Shown here one piece after another: positions 23,501 through 37,545 of a stretch of 64,000 nt of DNA (within the stretch, counting starts at the first letter, position 1; each line of letters opens with the position of its first letter). Source of the stretch: Tubulanus polymorphus (lineage: Eukaryota > Animalia > Nemertea); the NCBI RefSeq assembly GCF_964204645.1, contig NC_134028.1, positions 12,509,263 through 12,573,262 on the forward strand, written 5' to 3'. The notes under the pieces were generated by a model. It worked only from the letters and a program-made list of their open reading frames with translations, made no database searches and had not been told where the DNA came from. The translations under genes and the position numbers were made by a program.

Positions 23501-25210
23501 TCCTCTTCGAGAAATAAAGCTTTTTAGTTAGCATTTCCTTCAAAATTTGAATCTTTGAATGACATAGAGTGAGGAGTTATCCAGTGAATTAGTGTAGCTC
23601 AGAGAGCACAGTAACAGTAATATGATACCTATATTCATCAGTATACATAAACAAAACATAGCCTCATTCATAGTACAAAAATTTGGCAACATCAAAACTT
23701 TTTTTATGGTCAATGGATCAGTCTGAAATTTCGTACACTTGCTAAGCTATCTACCATCAAAATTGGATAAAAATTAATGATTTTCAAAACATTTGAGGTG
23801 TCTCTAAAATCGTTAATCTTGGCCCTATCTCTACAAAAATTCATCACTAGCATCATATTTTTATTCCCACTATGACTAGATTAGTTGAAATTAGTTTAGA
23901 ACTTGATATGAAAACTTTTATAAAACTGTGTGTGACCAGCAGTTAATGTTGTGAGCCATCGTCGCTCACTCTAAACATTATAAACAAGATACTGTAGTAA
24001 GTGGGACGGCCGATCTCAAGTGTTTGCCACCCGGTTAACTAGCATCCATACTCCTCGGCCTTTAAACAACAGTTACAGATACGTTGCCGGAAAATTTGAT
24101 TTTTATGACCAAAGTCAAATTATGATTACGTTCGATTGGCTTTATACACACTGGATCTATCTTGCGATATTTTACAATTATGCAGGTTTTGATTGATTTT
24201 TATGGTAAATTGATAAATAATGACATCTTTCCTTCCATCATTCGTGTTTCGTAAGTGATTATCAGGTAAGGGGAACTAAATTACGTGTGGAGTACCTGAT
24301 CAGGAGGAAATTAAACAGTGTATTGAACGTAACAGCGTAACCATTCAGGAGCCTCATTGATTGACTGAGCACTGGCTGACTGCCAGGAATATCACATGTT
24401 GCACACACAGCACAGTGTATACGAATCTAGGATACTGGCGCTTCAAGTCACTGGTTTTATATGAGCGCCGGCCGCAGTTTGTTAACGAACGTAATACTTT
24501 TTTGTTGACTTTTTGTTACGTTCATATACGAGCAGTCCAAAGTTTGCAAGTAGATATTGGTACCAACAACCGTAAAATTTGCCATGTACATGTTGTATTC
24601 AAACACAACTGCATGACAATTCATCATGCATATACCTGGTAGTGGGTTTTCCCCTGTGACTCAAAATAGACACTTAGTCTCAACATTTATGGTGTGACAA
24701 TTCCATTCATTTCATACAGTGTGTACGAAGTTTGTTAGACACTTTCTTTTTTGCAAATTGAAAAATTTCCAAGATTCACTTCCCCCTTTCACAATTTCTG
24801 CCCTTCTATAAAATGCACTGCTTTCACGGCCTGCTGCGATGAACCCTGGCAGTTAGTTGAATCATATGCAAACGAGAGGCGCTCTTTTCATATACAAACA
24901 CAGATCAATACACCACATAGCAGTGAGTGTATGTACCGCGGATGTGTGTGAAGCATGAATATACAAAATAGGGCATGTGTTCTTCCGAAACGAAATGTAG
25001 TTTAACAACAAATAAATAACTAAATTAATAAATAAGCAATGGATTCAATAGGGTTAGAAGTTCAATAGGGTTAGAGATTTAATTACTGCATTGAATGTTT
25101 TGAAAGTTCCGAAGAAAAATTAAGGTTCGTTCAGAAGTTATTTTGCACCAAAGGAAGAAATTTTCATATGCAATAGCAAAATGGACTTCACTGAAGCGAA
25201 AGTCCATAAT
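20545..25210 (-). mobile_element. Helentron/Helitron2-type non-autonomous element, family A (with nested inserts)
   Basis: aacaag..gaaattctt hairpin plus atggactttc at one end; atggacttc..gaaagtccat hairpin at the other (asymmetric subterminal IRs); A/T-run flanks. Partial copy at 17905-20540. Confidence 0.75.
21057..21625. mobile_element. Harbinger-like MITE
   Basis: TIR ggccatcccaaaataat.gtctgttt, TAA TSD; empty site near 53253. Confidence 0.82.
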
Positions 25211-25464
25211 TAATAAGCAATGGATTCCGATAAAATTCAGTACTGTTAGAGATTTAATCACTACATTGAATGTTTTGAAAGTTCCAAAAGAGAAACTAAG
25301 CCTTGTTTGGAAGCTATTTTGCACCAAAGGAAGTAAGTTTCATATGAGATTCTGAAAATAAACTGTCGCATTTCATCATCATCATTATTTTGTTCATTTC
25401 AAATTATTGAAAGACTAGAATGTCGCTGAAACGCCTGAGTGTATGTCGACCTATTTATGAAGGC

Positions 25465-26390
25465 AAGAAATGAAAAATACAAAACGGCTTCTGGCGACCT
25501 TGACCTTCTACCTATACAAGAAATCTAATCAGTCACTCACGGTCTCTAGGGTAACCCGTCCATAAAATTTCACTAAGTTATCTTATACCGTTTATTAATT
25601 TAGAGCCTGGAAATGGAAAATACAAAACAGCTCCCAGTGACCTTTACCTTTAACCCATTAGCACTCAGGAATTGCAGTATGCAGTGTCAATAAATCTTCA
25701 GAAAATTCAAGGTAAAATCAAAGTTCGGTCACGATACCCAATAGCTCATTTGCTATTTATTTCCATGCATTACAAGTTAGTGTTATTTTGTAGTAAATAG
25801 TCAAGGCTTTCATATGATGAAAGATTTGATGAAGTGGGCCACCAAAATCGTGTCCTTTTGGCCCCCTGAAATTCATCCAAACTTACTTGGATCTGAAGTG
25901 ACCGCTCAGATGTGTCATGTTCAAACTGGTGTGTAGTTTATCATAAGCTATTGGGTTCGAATCCCACTATACCAGTTTTTGCGCAGCATACAAAAAAGGT
26001 GCCAGGGCGGATTCGGGCGGCTTGAGGAGAAATAGGCAGGGCGGATACGGGCGGCTTGAGTGCTAATGGGTTAACCTACAGAACCCGAAAAGTAATCACT
26101 TACTCAAGGTCTCTAGGATAACCCATCCAAAAAATGTCACCAATTTATCTTAAACCGTCTGTGAGATAGAGCCCGGAATTGAAAAATAACAGCTTCTAGA
26201 TACCTTGTCCTTTGACCAACAGGACCTGAAATCTAATCAGTTACCCACGGTCCCTAGGATAACCCATCCATAGAATTTCAGTTATCTTAAACCATTTATG
26301 AGTTAGAGCCCGGAAATGAAATTTACAAAATGGCTTCCCGTAACCTTGAGCTAAGACCTACAGGGCCCAAAATCTAATCAGTTACTAACC
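25465..26390 (+). repeat. About 140-bp tandem units (gaccttgacc / aaatctaatcag type)
   Basis: About four diverged units, interrupted by the piggyBac MITE. Confidence 0.7.
25654..26070. mobile_element. piggyBac-type MITE
   Basis: TTAA|CCCATTAGCACTCA...TGAGTGCTAATGGG|TTAA. Confidence 0.88.
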
Positions 26391-26559
26391 TCATATAGTA
26401 CAATACAACTGTTGAATTTGAAGATAAAGGACCAATGGTCCAGTGGCTCGCCAAACTGGTGTGAAGTAAAAATCTATCACGTAGGCTACCGGTATGCAAA
26501 AAAATCATTTCATTGAAAATAAAAAAAGAAAAAAAATATATATAAAAAAGGACTCAATT

Positions 26560-28350
26560 TTGATCAGTGTGAACTTATAATGATAACTGACTTTTAACGA
26601 GAATGAAATCTTCCCAAAAATTGATCATGGGCCTTTTGTCTGAACTAATGTTCATAATTGCAATACATCCCTTGAATGATATAAAACAACTAAAACTATG
26701 AGTGACCATATAAGATACGGTACAAACTTGGTGAGAGCCTGGGTTTCATCAGAGGTTTTTCATTTTTATCATACGGACCAATCAGGACAGCAGCTCCCAA
26801 GTTCTTCAAATTTGAGGCCAGTCAGTCGGTTACTGACAAAACAGTTCATCGACTGACATGATTTTTAATAATTCCACGATAGGATTGCTTTATGTGGCTT
26901 TCATCTTCACTCAGACAAATCGTTGTTACGCGCGACCTATACCGTGGCGTGCGTACTCTATAACTGACACATACACGCAGTGAACACGAGAGTGTAAGGC
27001 TATATTGCCTACGCGACTGTACACGAACGCTCCACTGTGTTGGAAACTGGTGTATTTCATATAGATATATATGTTGATTTATTATATTTCTTTAGAGCTA
27101 TTTCTATAATGTATTCAACATTCAGTAGTGTGATTGTACTGTGTTTGAAGCGTATTAAATCCTGCAATTCATCATTTTGTTACGCGAACTTAAACATTTT
27201 TCGCGCTTATGACCAGCACGGTATTTAAACCTGTGAATTCTTGGCTAGGCGTCAGTCTGGTTCTATATACCCCTTGTACGGCACAGTTATTGTAAGTATT
27301 TATATCAATTTAGATTTGCTGGATTTCAAACTAAAGTTTGGCCTTTTGAATGTTATTTGTCTAAATCTTGTATTTTTTGTACCTTTGTAGCAAACCTCAC
27401 TCACTCACTCCCTTAGTCGTTCTGTCATTGTAAATAAATGAGCGTATTGGAACTGTGAATTTTTGTCGTTGTTTGTTGAGGATTTAGGACCAGGCTGAAC
27501 ACACTGTGCACCAGTTAACAAACTAATACAGATAATCAGGCTCCAAAACGGATCACTAATCAAATAACTTCAATTAATAATGATAAAATAAGTATTACAG
27601 TAGTGTCAATATCAGACTCATGTCTAAAAATTCGAATCTATCAGTGAATCAGCCGTGTGGCGAACACGGAAGTAAATTTCCACATTTTGAAACCACATTT
27701 TCATCAGATATCTTGATGCAACGTTACCCTACGCACGGGATATCAAAACTAGATGAACCATTGAACACATCGCACACAATAAAACGTTATATCATACGCC
27801 TTGAATATCAGTATTCGCGCTAGAAATGATGAATATCAACCTATTCAATCGTGCCACCATTTTGTTTGTAAAATAACGTGCACCAGCTGATCCACCTCGT
27901 TCAATGTTATGACATCATGACGGAAGTCAAAACCGGGTCAACACAAATTTTATAGAACCAAGATTTTGAGGGGTTTCGTCTTTGAAAGCCCATAACTACC
28001 GAACCAAGCGTCAGATCTTGGTGATATAAAGTTCTTCCGACACAAATAGCATTGAATTTTCACATGTGTTATTTTGGACATTCAAAGATGCTGCATAAAA
28101 AAACGTGCTCAAATAAATCGAATTTTTGAATCTTTTTGGTAAATTTCTCAAAAAATATGAAACCCACGGCTTTCAACTTTGTGCACCATAAAGAAAAACC
28201 AATTACGATATATATTTTTGATTAATCCGTTCAATTCGCCCATAAGTAGTGAAATTACAGGCTAATGAAATTGCGTTTGAGTGTGCTAAAAATAGCTTCG
28301 AGCGTAGTGTATTAAGCATACGAATGATTATCGATCGGCAAGACTGTTGA
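26560..28350 (+). repeat. Dispersed repeat family C (about 1.3 kb core)
   Basis: Inverted copy at 49900-51675; direct partial copies at 51690-53075 and 59590-60040. Confidence 0.8.
27038..27501 (+). mobile_element. Solo LTR (BEL/Pao-like)
   Basis: TGTT...AACA termini, 5-bp TSD CACTG, internal TATA-like and AATAAA motifs; single CACTG in the paralog near 52815. Confidence 0.85.
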
Positions 28351-30424
28351 CATAGGCTCTGTCAAAGGGTTTAGGTGCTAGGGCACAGAAACCACTACGG
28401 ACCATTGCGAAGTGAATACAGTATGCCCCCACAACGCGATAAAATCACAATGGACTGTTAATTGTTGGCTATACTATGTTGATGATATCAGCCCTTGGGT
28501 CCGATATGACAAAGATTTTTGCCTATTCTTATTTGTTTATTTACTAAATGTTTAGTCTCATTTCATATATTTAACAAGCAGTCTCCCTATTCAACTTTAC
28601 TATTATATTTCTTTTATTTCCAAAACATAGTAGGGGAGATTACAACAAAGCCCTTTCTACTTCGACATTATTCAGACATGCCAGATTTAAAAAATCTACC
28701 TCAGGGACATATTCAAATTTCTTCAGGGACATTATTAGAACTGTCAGGGACAAAAATATCCAGCCACATTTTCAAGGACATTTACAAGGAGGATCTCAGG
28801 GAAAAAACCTACTAAATTTTACAGTGAAACAATGTCATGATGATCCGAGATATTAGAATATAGGCCTGTTGTTTTTTAAACACAACTTGAATTCCGTTTC
28901 ATAATTAGCTGCTTTGCTTTGATTGACGTGATGCCAGATTGCCCCTAGCTGCTCTACGAGCAATTATCCAAAAAAGCTGTGTCTTTATGAGCTGAAAATT
29001 ACTTATGTTGGGCAATGCAACTTGTTCATTTTGTAATTTGTATCAATTATAAATGAGTTGTTGATACTATTTTACGTCTTCTCGCCTATGTCTGTAGAAT
29101 TTGGAGGACTCTGAACACCAGGCGGAAATAGTCGATTAGCAATTAGCGTGCGGCAAGTTTGATTGACAGCACTACTGATTGTGTCTATGGGAGGCCGAGC
29201 TCTCCTCTTTTATCGTGCGCGAATGCATTTTGTCTCATTTTGTTGAACGAATGACAGCTTATTGGCACACTGCCAGTTTCCTGGAAAACATAAACTAGGC
29301 CACACTCAAGGCACGTTTTCACATGATGCACACTTGATTTCAAACATAGGCCTATGTAGCTCATACACACAGTCTCTCGTGTGGGGTGTGGCATTGCTGT
29401 GGCAACTCAGTTGGATCGATTATGTTAGCTCAAGCGAGCAAGTGTCGGGACCAATGCAGAATTAATACCTGAATGAGGCAATTCTCTCCGGGATTTTTAT
29501 GGGCTATTCATAAAATGTTAACTCCCACTGGTAATTTAGGACTAAATGAAATTTCCGTGACAAATTGCGTCTCTCCGGTACAGCGGGATACAAAATTTAT
29601 AAAACCGGGACTGTCCCGGCGGAACCAGGACGTCAGGGATGTCTAATTATTATATCTTAGGTCTAATTATTGTTTCTTAACTATAATTATCTGCTCATTT
29701 GTTTCCTTATTAATTAATGAATTTTTGCTCAGACAGATAACCCACCAATGGATTAAACAATGACCAGTTTGTCACCTGTCAGCTACCAGTCTGTCACATG
29801 TCAGACTGTTTGTTCTTATCATAACCAATAATATATAGCATGTGATATTCAGAAGAATTGACATACTCACTCAATTTCGTTAAGTCAGCCTTAGGGTGAA
29901 CAAATTCAGACACATACCATGTGTGTCCGGAAGCCTTTGTTGTCTATGTCGAGTAAGCAAGTTCCAGAATAAACTTGAAAAAAGTGAACATTGCTATACC
30001 AGTTCCAGACCCCAAAATTATAACAAGAGGTCGATGGAGGTTGAGACTTTGTCAAGAAAATCTCAAATTCCAGACAAGAACCCGATGGGCCTTGAAGCAT
30101 TGGTAGATTACACAGTATCGAGTAGGGCAGCCAACCTGTGAAAAGTGCTATTGGTAATAGATTGAATTTATTTCTGTTACATCTCATTGAAATATGAAAC
30201 ACAATGTTTAAAAAATATTTAAATCAATCAGTACTGGTAATTAATAAAAAGAACCTTAGTAACACCTTCCATATTTCAGTTTGCATCAAACAAATCAAAT
30301 CATAGAATAGTATAGTATATCAAAGCTAAAATTCATATATAATGGTTGTTCATATTTATATATAGCTTATATTTGTTTAATGTTAAATGTCTCTAATTAT
30401 CGTTTAAATGTCTCTAATTATCGC

Positions 30425-30757
30425 AGTAATAATACCAGAAGTAAAAATGCCAGAGGTAAAAACGCCAGGGGTATACAAATGCCAGAGGTAAAAATGCCAG
30501 AGGAAATAATGCCAGAAGGATAAATTGATTCAATGATTTTAAGAAACAAGTGCATCAAAACTTAAAAACTATTCATCGAATTGTTGCTTTGATGTAATAA
30601 ATGAATTACAGCAAACTAACTTGTCGAAAACTTTTGTTTTTTATTATCATACCTGTTATCATAATTCTTCGCTTATTTTTCCTCATATTTCCTTCTGGCA
30701 TTTCTACCTCTGGAATTTTTACCTATGGTGTGATTTTTACTTCTGGTATTATTACCT
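30425..30757. mobile_element. MITE with tandem 15-bp (aaatgccagaggtaa) inverted arms
   Basis: gtaataataccagaagtaaaaat... / ...atttttacttctggtattattac. Confidence 0.75.
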
Positions 30758-30759
30758 GG

Positions 30760-32330
30760 ATTCGTTAATTGTTGTTTGTCTCCCTGTCATGTCATTACTC
30801 GTCACCTTTATTTTTCTACCATTTTCCGTGTCTCCACCTGCCTTGTAACTCAATGTATATAAATAGTTTGTGTCTAAAATAAAGTCAGTCCAGTTTTGGT
30901 ATTCCAAGCTGATAGTTCAGTCGTTACTTTGCTCTCTTCCGGATTTCCGACAGCGACCATTCTTCGAGAATAGGATCAAGAATAACATTGTTTAAATAGG
31001 AATAAATTCTGAAAATCAGAAAAAGCTACCATGGACATTGTGTTGATAGGCTACCCGTCATCTCTAATCCTGAAAAAATATTGTCCTAAGGTACGTTCGA
31101 TTGATAACAAACTACCTTCTTCTTTTCTATCATCAAGTCAATCGATACACAGAAATAATTTTTGCACCATTTTGAATATAAAAGTGTTTTGTATAAAATA
31201 TATGCAGTGGGGATAACAGACTGTAATTCGTTAGATTATTCCAGACGTACATTTCACGTACAGTTTTATTAGAGGACCGAAGGTCCTGTGCTCTCGACAT
31301 ATTTACATTGTTCATTCTACAACTCTTCTAATTATGCATATCTGTTTGCTTAAGCAACTGCCCTGGGCACTACGGTGAGACTTGACGCCTCGGACAGTGG
31401 TAGGCAGGAACAAATGCGTCAGGTCGATTTGTTCTGATATCAACTTTAGAGTGAAATATGGCCAGTTATCTATGTCTATCACTTTCAAAGAATTTTTCAT
31501 AATAATTGGACCGATAATAATTTTAACAATTTTGAAAATCGTTAAAATTATTGAGTTTATTTCATTCATAATAATTACCCATGGACCAAGAGGTTTATTA
31601 CATCCTTGTGAAGTGCATAGATGAGATATTTGTCGAAGTTCAAAATACCAGCTAACGATGGAGGGATGCACTTAGTAATATACGAGTAGATTCGTTCGCG
31701 GTCAGAAGAATGAACCATGTTAAACTCTATCGGCGTGGTGCGGATCCAAGGACCATACCGCACCAGATTCTTCAAAGAGTAAGATCGATTCCATCGCGAC
31801 ATCGTGTATACAAACTGCTGCAGCCGGGAATCAAACGTCACAACGAGATGCATTCACAATGCTCATTCTCCCCACACGATGCCCATTCAAAGACGGGACC
31901 GCTACGGAGTAACCGCGTCATTGCAAAGAATGACAATGACTTATATCCCAAACAATACTAGTTCGCCTGTTCGGTGTTTTTTCTATTATTTTCTATACGC
32001 AAAGTATTGCGTAAAATTCATCCGAATATTCATGTGCACGTTTTATTCACCACTGGTGCACCAAAAATCAATTTTAGAATGCAAAATATTTTCAAATTAA
32101 TGTTTCTATTTTCATACAATATAGATTTAGAATACAAGTTTGGCAAGGAAAATGTGTTACTAAACAGTCTATCGACGGGAGTCCGTAGCAGGTGTGCGTA
32201 GCTCTGATTGGTTGTTGCAATGCATTGGTAGACCCCGTTAATGAGGAATCCCACAGAATCCAATTGTTGCTACGCAATATGTACGCAGTAAATGAACAAA
32301 AGCATGCCACACTGCCTTACAACTCGGCGT
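30760..32330 (+). mobile_element. LTR-like end plus very decayed Gypsy pol fragments
   Basis: tatataaa, aataaa and ...ataaca near 30988; RNase H-like LDASDSG..WPVIYV (about 31380-31480) and YNIDLEYKFGKENVLLNSLS (about 32115-32175). Confidence 0.45.
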
Positions 32331-33104
32331 TAATTTCGGTCTTACTGTAAAAATTTAAGGCTTTCAAGGATATTGTCTATCTAAAAATCTTCTTAATATT
32401 ATTGTGAGCAACTTCTATCACCATTTAACCCAATATAATGTGAAACAATCTTGAACACAAAGTTGCCAGATCTATTTTTCAGCGTATTTAGCCCTATTAA
32501 TCCGATCTTTCGTAAATTCAATGACTGTAAAAATGGTGTGCTTTGGTTCGCGGTAAACATACATGACACGATGCTGACACGCTCGTAATAGCTCTCTCAT
32601 TCCTTTAGAGCTAAAAATCTATCTAATAAATCTAAGTTCATTGTTCTTAATCTAATCTAATAGTGTGCCATAGCTTTGCTATTCATAAAGCGCACCAAAA
32701 GCTTGTTTCCATAAATTTACGTCACTTCAATTACATATTTTACTAAAAACTTTATTTGCCATACCCATTGCATATACACTATTCCGCACATACAAGCAAA
32801 TGGTGGTACAACACTTGTGGAAATGTGTGACAACAATGATGTCAGTGTAAGTGGGTTTTTCACGGCAAACCTGCACGTGCTGTCTGAAAACCTTACAAGT
32901 CACAGCTTAAGTTATCAAGTATAATCCTTTTGAATTTCTTTCTTGAACTCCAAATCTTTTTGTTTAAAACTGGTTATTGCTACTCTCCAGTTATATAACA
33001 GAATTAAAACTTATGCCCAAAGATTTAAAAACTTACCGGCTGTATTTCAGAATTAAAACTTATGCCTAAAGACTTAAAAAGTGGCAACACTGATGGCATA
33101 GTAC

Positions 33105-36100
33105 AAAAAAAGAAACGAAATTCTTAATATGGACTTTCTTAAATTATTATGAGTGTATGTTTAACCAGCATCAAAATTAAACATAAGTACTCTAGATTAG
33201 AAACTAAAAGCAGAACAAATAAAAAAAAGTGAAAACTATTGGATTGAATTCAAATGATGGGAGAAGACTGACTTTTTACAGATAATTTGATCAAAAATCA
33301 AAAATAAGGACAGAAAATATCAAATAAATTGCCCATGGGCAAAGTGTGGTTTACCTTGAAAGCTAGAGGTTGTTTGGAGTAAGGGCATTGCTTGAAAAAT
33401 CTTTTTAATTCGTGACTTCAAAGATCCACAAGTTTATATTGTATTTTATCTTTCTTAAAGAATTATTTTGTAGTAAAATAAGACCAAAGATATACATTTG
33501 GTTACGGTCCAAGTCCAAAAGTTTGTAGGGTACAGGTAGGCGTGGTAGGGAAATTATTTTAAATTTTCCAAAAAAATATGTTTCACAATATGAAAAAAAT
33601 ATTCAAATAAGGCCTATCCCAAAATAATTGTCTGTTTGCCGTAAACACCGACTCAACATTTCAGGATGAGTCGGTAGGTAAGAAAAAAAATCATCTACGT
33701 TGTGCACGGGAAATTTGTCTAATAGCGTAGATTTCGAGAATTATTCTAAAATTATAACTTCGTCCAGAGCGTCATCTCTGTGTTAAAAATGAAACAGTAC
33801 ATCGAATATGTGCGCGGATTTATGTTAACAGCTTTGATATAGTCACTAGGAGAATGAATGGCAGCTTATTGGAACACTGCCAGTTTCCTGGAAAACTTAA
33901 ATTAGGCCACATTGAGATGGCTTGTTTTCACACGATGCACACTTGAATTCAAACATATATAATACCTAGCTCATACGTAGGCAGTGGGTCGGTCGGCCGT
34001 TTATATCAAAAATAAAATTTATTTCAATGAATCCCAGAAAAAAAGTTTTCACTCGGTACCTTTGAAGTCGGGTCGGTCGGGTTACGGCAAACAGACCATT
34101 AATATGGGATGGCCTAAAATTCATATGATGTATCAGAGGGTGGCTGAATATTGGGTCATGGTAACCTCTTCCAATGTTGGCCGCAGAAGTTAAAATACCG
34201 GTACAGAAGAAATCGGTTATTAGATCGTTTTAAATCCTGGAATTTACGACTACAATATTCAGACCTCGACCTTTACTTTTAGTTTGCTGCTTAATATTTT
34301 CAGTTCACAAGAAATATAATTTATTACAAATTCTATCAAACAGAAAACACAGCGCTCATCTTCTGCTACGAATATTCAGCCTATTTTCATGTCAAGCGCG
34401 CACGCGTTACAACATCACCTTGAGTAATGTATAGTGTATAGTACTGTACGAGCTTGTGTGTGTGTCGTGTAGCACTCTGCACGCACAGGTGGAGGCCTCG
34501 TGTAAGTGAATGTTCGCTTACACTTCAATGTCAATCAAAACAATCACCGGGTATTAAAATGAAACAATACCTATGGCGGATGTGTGAAATAATTACATCC
34601 TCACCAGCAATGAGCATATAAAATTCGTACGTATACGGCACCTAGTCCAATGAAACGTACGCCATTCTATGGCTTTCCCATAATCATTTTAGTAGCGCCG
34701 GAATTCTCCGTATATCCCAAAAACAGCCAATCCCAATTACCAATTTAATATGTAATACAGAGTTATTCTACTATACAACGTCCCCTAGTGACCATATGCA
34801 AAACCCAATAGCCTTGAAACTCACCACAATCATAGAACATGTCCTGAACTACAAGTTTGCAATTGATCATGGTAACAAAATATGCCTAGGTACTCATCTA
34901 ATAAGGATATACTAAGTTATTCTAATATTCAACGCCCTCTGAACATATAGATTAACTAATGTGCTTAAAACTCACCACAATCATAGACGATGTCATGAAC
35001 TACTACTTTGCAATCGATTTCGGTAACAAAATATGCATAGGTACAAATATAACATGGAAATACTAAGTTATTGTATTATTCATCACAAATTACATATATC
35101 CATCACAAATAACAATGAGAAATGGCAAACTAGAAGGAAGCTACAGGACTCAGAATTCGGCCCAATATTTGGGCACTATAAAGGTCATAGGACAGCCATC
35201 CTGAGTCTGATCAACCCAATTTTTCTTATGCTGATGGGCCCTTGGGGGATTCAAATATATCCAAAAGATCCAGGTAATTGATCAAAGCGTCTTCAAAATT
35301 TCCCTCAAAAAGTTCAAAAATGTGTAAAAAGTGCTGATTTTGGCGAACAACAATGGCTGCCAGTCGGCCATCTTGATTCTGACAGGGCCAGTTTTTGGGC
35401 TCAAGATGTGTCTAGGGTAGATACACATGTAACCCAAATATCAAGACATTGCATTGAAGCGTCTTCCAAACTTACCAAAATAACTGGATTCCTTCTACGG
35501 ACGGACGAACGGATGGATGAAAAGTGAACGCAAAAATGTCATTTTTCGAATTATGAATGGAAACGCATAGGTCTACCTATCTTCGGCATGAAGTTCTTGG
35601 CAGAATTTTTGAGAATCCGTGCTCCAAGTAATCAAAAAAGCCAAAGATGTCCCCACTTGATTGAATCAAGAAGTTTTCATGAAAATCTGTCTCTTGATAT
35701 GATCCATCACACACAACTGCAGATGAATTATCATGAATAAACATGGTAGCGGATTTTTCCCACTGACTCAAATAGACACTCGCCACGTTCATGGTGTGAA
35801 GATTTCTATACACTGTGTACGAAGTTTGTTCCAATTTCCAAGTTCCCAATTTTACTGCCCTTCTATAGAATTCACTGATTTTCACGTCCACAAACCCTGG
35901 CTATTGAATCATTTGCAGTTTCCAAGAAAACTTTAACTAGGCCACGCGCGAGGCGCGCTTTTCATATACATGCACAGATCAATACATCACATAGCAGCGA
36001 GTCTGTAATGAGCACGTGTGTGAAGCATGAATATATGTAAAAGGGCACGTGTTCTTCTGAATCGAAATGTAGTTCCATCAACAAATAAATAACTAAATTG

Positions 36101-36276
36101 ATAAATAAGCAACGGATTACGATGAAATTCAATAGGGTTAGAACTTTTATTACTGCATTGAATGTTTAAAAAGTTCTGAAGAGAAACTAAGCCTTGTTTG
36201 GAAGTTATTTTGTACCAAAGGAAGAAAGTTTCATATGCGATAACAAAATGGACTTCGATAAAGCGAAAGTTCATAA
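33105..36276 (-). mobile_element. Helentron-type element, family A (nested MITE and family B piece)
   Basis: Same termini and body as 20545-25210. Confidence 0.72.
33611..34114. mobile_element. Harbinger-like MITE, second copy at the same host position
   Basis: Same TIRs, TAA TSD and flanks as 21057-21625. Confidence 0.8.
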
Positions 36277-36345
36277 TAAATGATACGTTCTCTAAGCATT
36301 ATAGGTTTTGAGATCCGAAAATAAAATTTTTACATTCTTACATAC

Positions 36346-36450
36346 CTTGTTCCGATTTCGGTTTTCATGATAGCGTTGAAAAGGATTTCCCGATTTATAG
36401 CCATAGTTTTCACTTCTTCTAGGTAAAGATTCCTTACGATTTTTCTTGGT
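36346..36450 (-). CDS. USP36: USP36/42-like exon
   Basis: tttatag|TKKNRKESLPRRSENYGYKSGNPFQRYHENRNRNK|gtatgt, phase 0/0. Confidence 0.87.
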
Positions 36451-37545
36451 CTATAAATTAAAAGAACCAATCCATTTAGAAGGAAAGAAAAGCTGGTATC
36501 ACAAGTGAAGAGCTGTGTATAGCATTTTCAATTAGATTACTGATTCCTCTTGCATCCTCAGCTTATCAAAAGGACAAAATCCTGAGGTTAAGACCCCCAA
36601 GAATCTTCTCAAATGTAGAATCAAGTGTACTTTTTATTATTGTAAAATAGATTAATTTTTGGCGCCCTCTTAAGACGTTACCAGACATAAATGAGAACCA
36701 TAAAAACGTTTCAGAAGCCACTACCAATGAGAGATGTTAAACAGTCACATGAAACATGTGCACTGTAGTTTACAACCAGCAGTTGGAATATTATGAGCAT
36801 ATTTCCGATGACTTTATTTGATAATTGATTAGAATACGTACATTGATCATTCTAATGTGAAACTTTATATATCTTCAGTAAATATTTTGAAGACTAAATT
36901 TTTAAACCTATTCATCTGTAACCGGCTGGTTGTTGTATCGGCAGGGGAACTAGCATTTACACCAGCGGTACAGGATTCCATCCATCAGGAACAACAAGGC
37001 AGTTAAACCTTATATGTACAATCTTTATTGCATCCCGGAATGAGAATGATTATCATAGCTTTACATAGTCTTTATATACAGAATCATGAGTATAATGTGA
37101 GAACTAGGTGTCAGACAAGTTGTAGACATCAGGACTCACAAACAAACACCTAGTGACATGTTTGAGAGACATTAATTAATTATCGATGAGCACTGACTAT
37201 AGCTAATTATTGTGAAAACATATTGAGTAATGTCACATGTTGATTACGACCTTAAAGCACATATTGACACTATAGTCATAAGTTATATTATATTATTATT
37301 ATTATTATTATTATTATGTAGTAGTAGTAGAGCTATGAAATGTCATGAACTGTTCGATATGACATTGTAGATCTATATGATTACGAAGTATGCAAATTAT
37401 ATCAGGGTGACACATCAATCCGCAAAAAAGTGGTGATCCGCCTCCCCCAGGTGAACAGACAAACTATGGTACAGACGAAATTTATACAATTATATGAAAT
37501 GGCTGTATTTTAATATGTCAGTTGTACAAATTGAATATATAAAAC

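Noticed and set aside
30425-30520. Short regular repeats as a CRISPR array
   Set aside because: No unique spacers, eukaryotic context, and mirrored by an inverted arm, so it is a MITE terminus.
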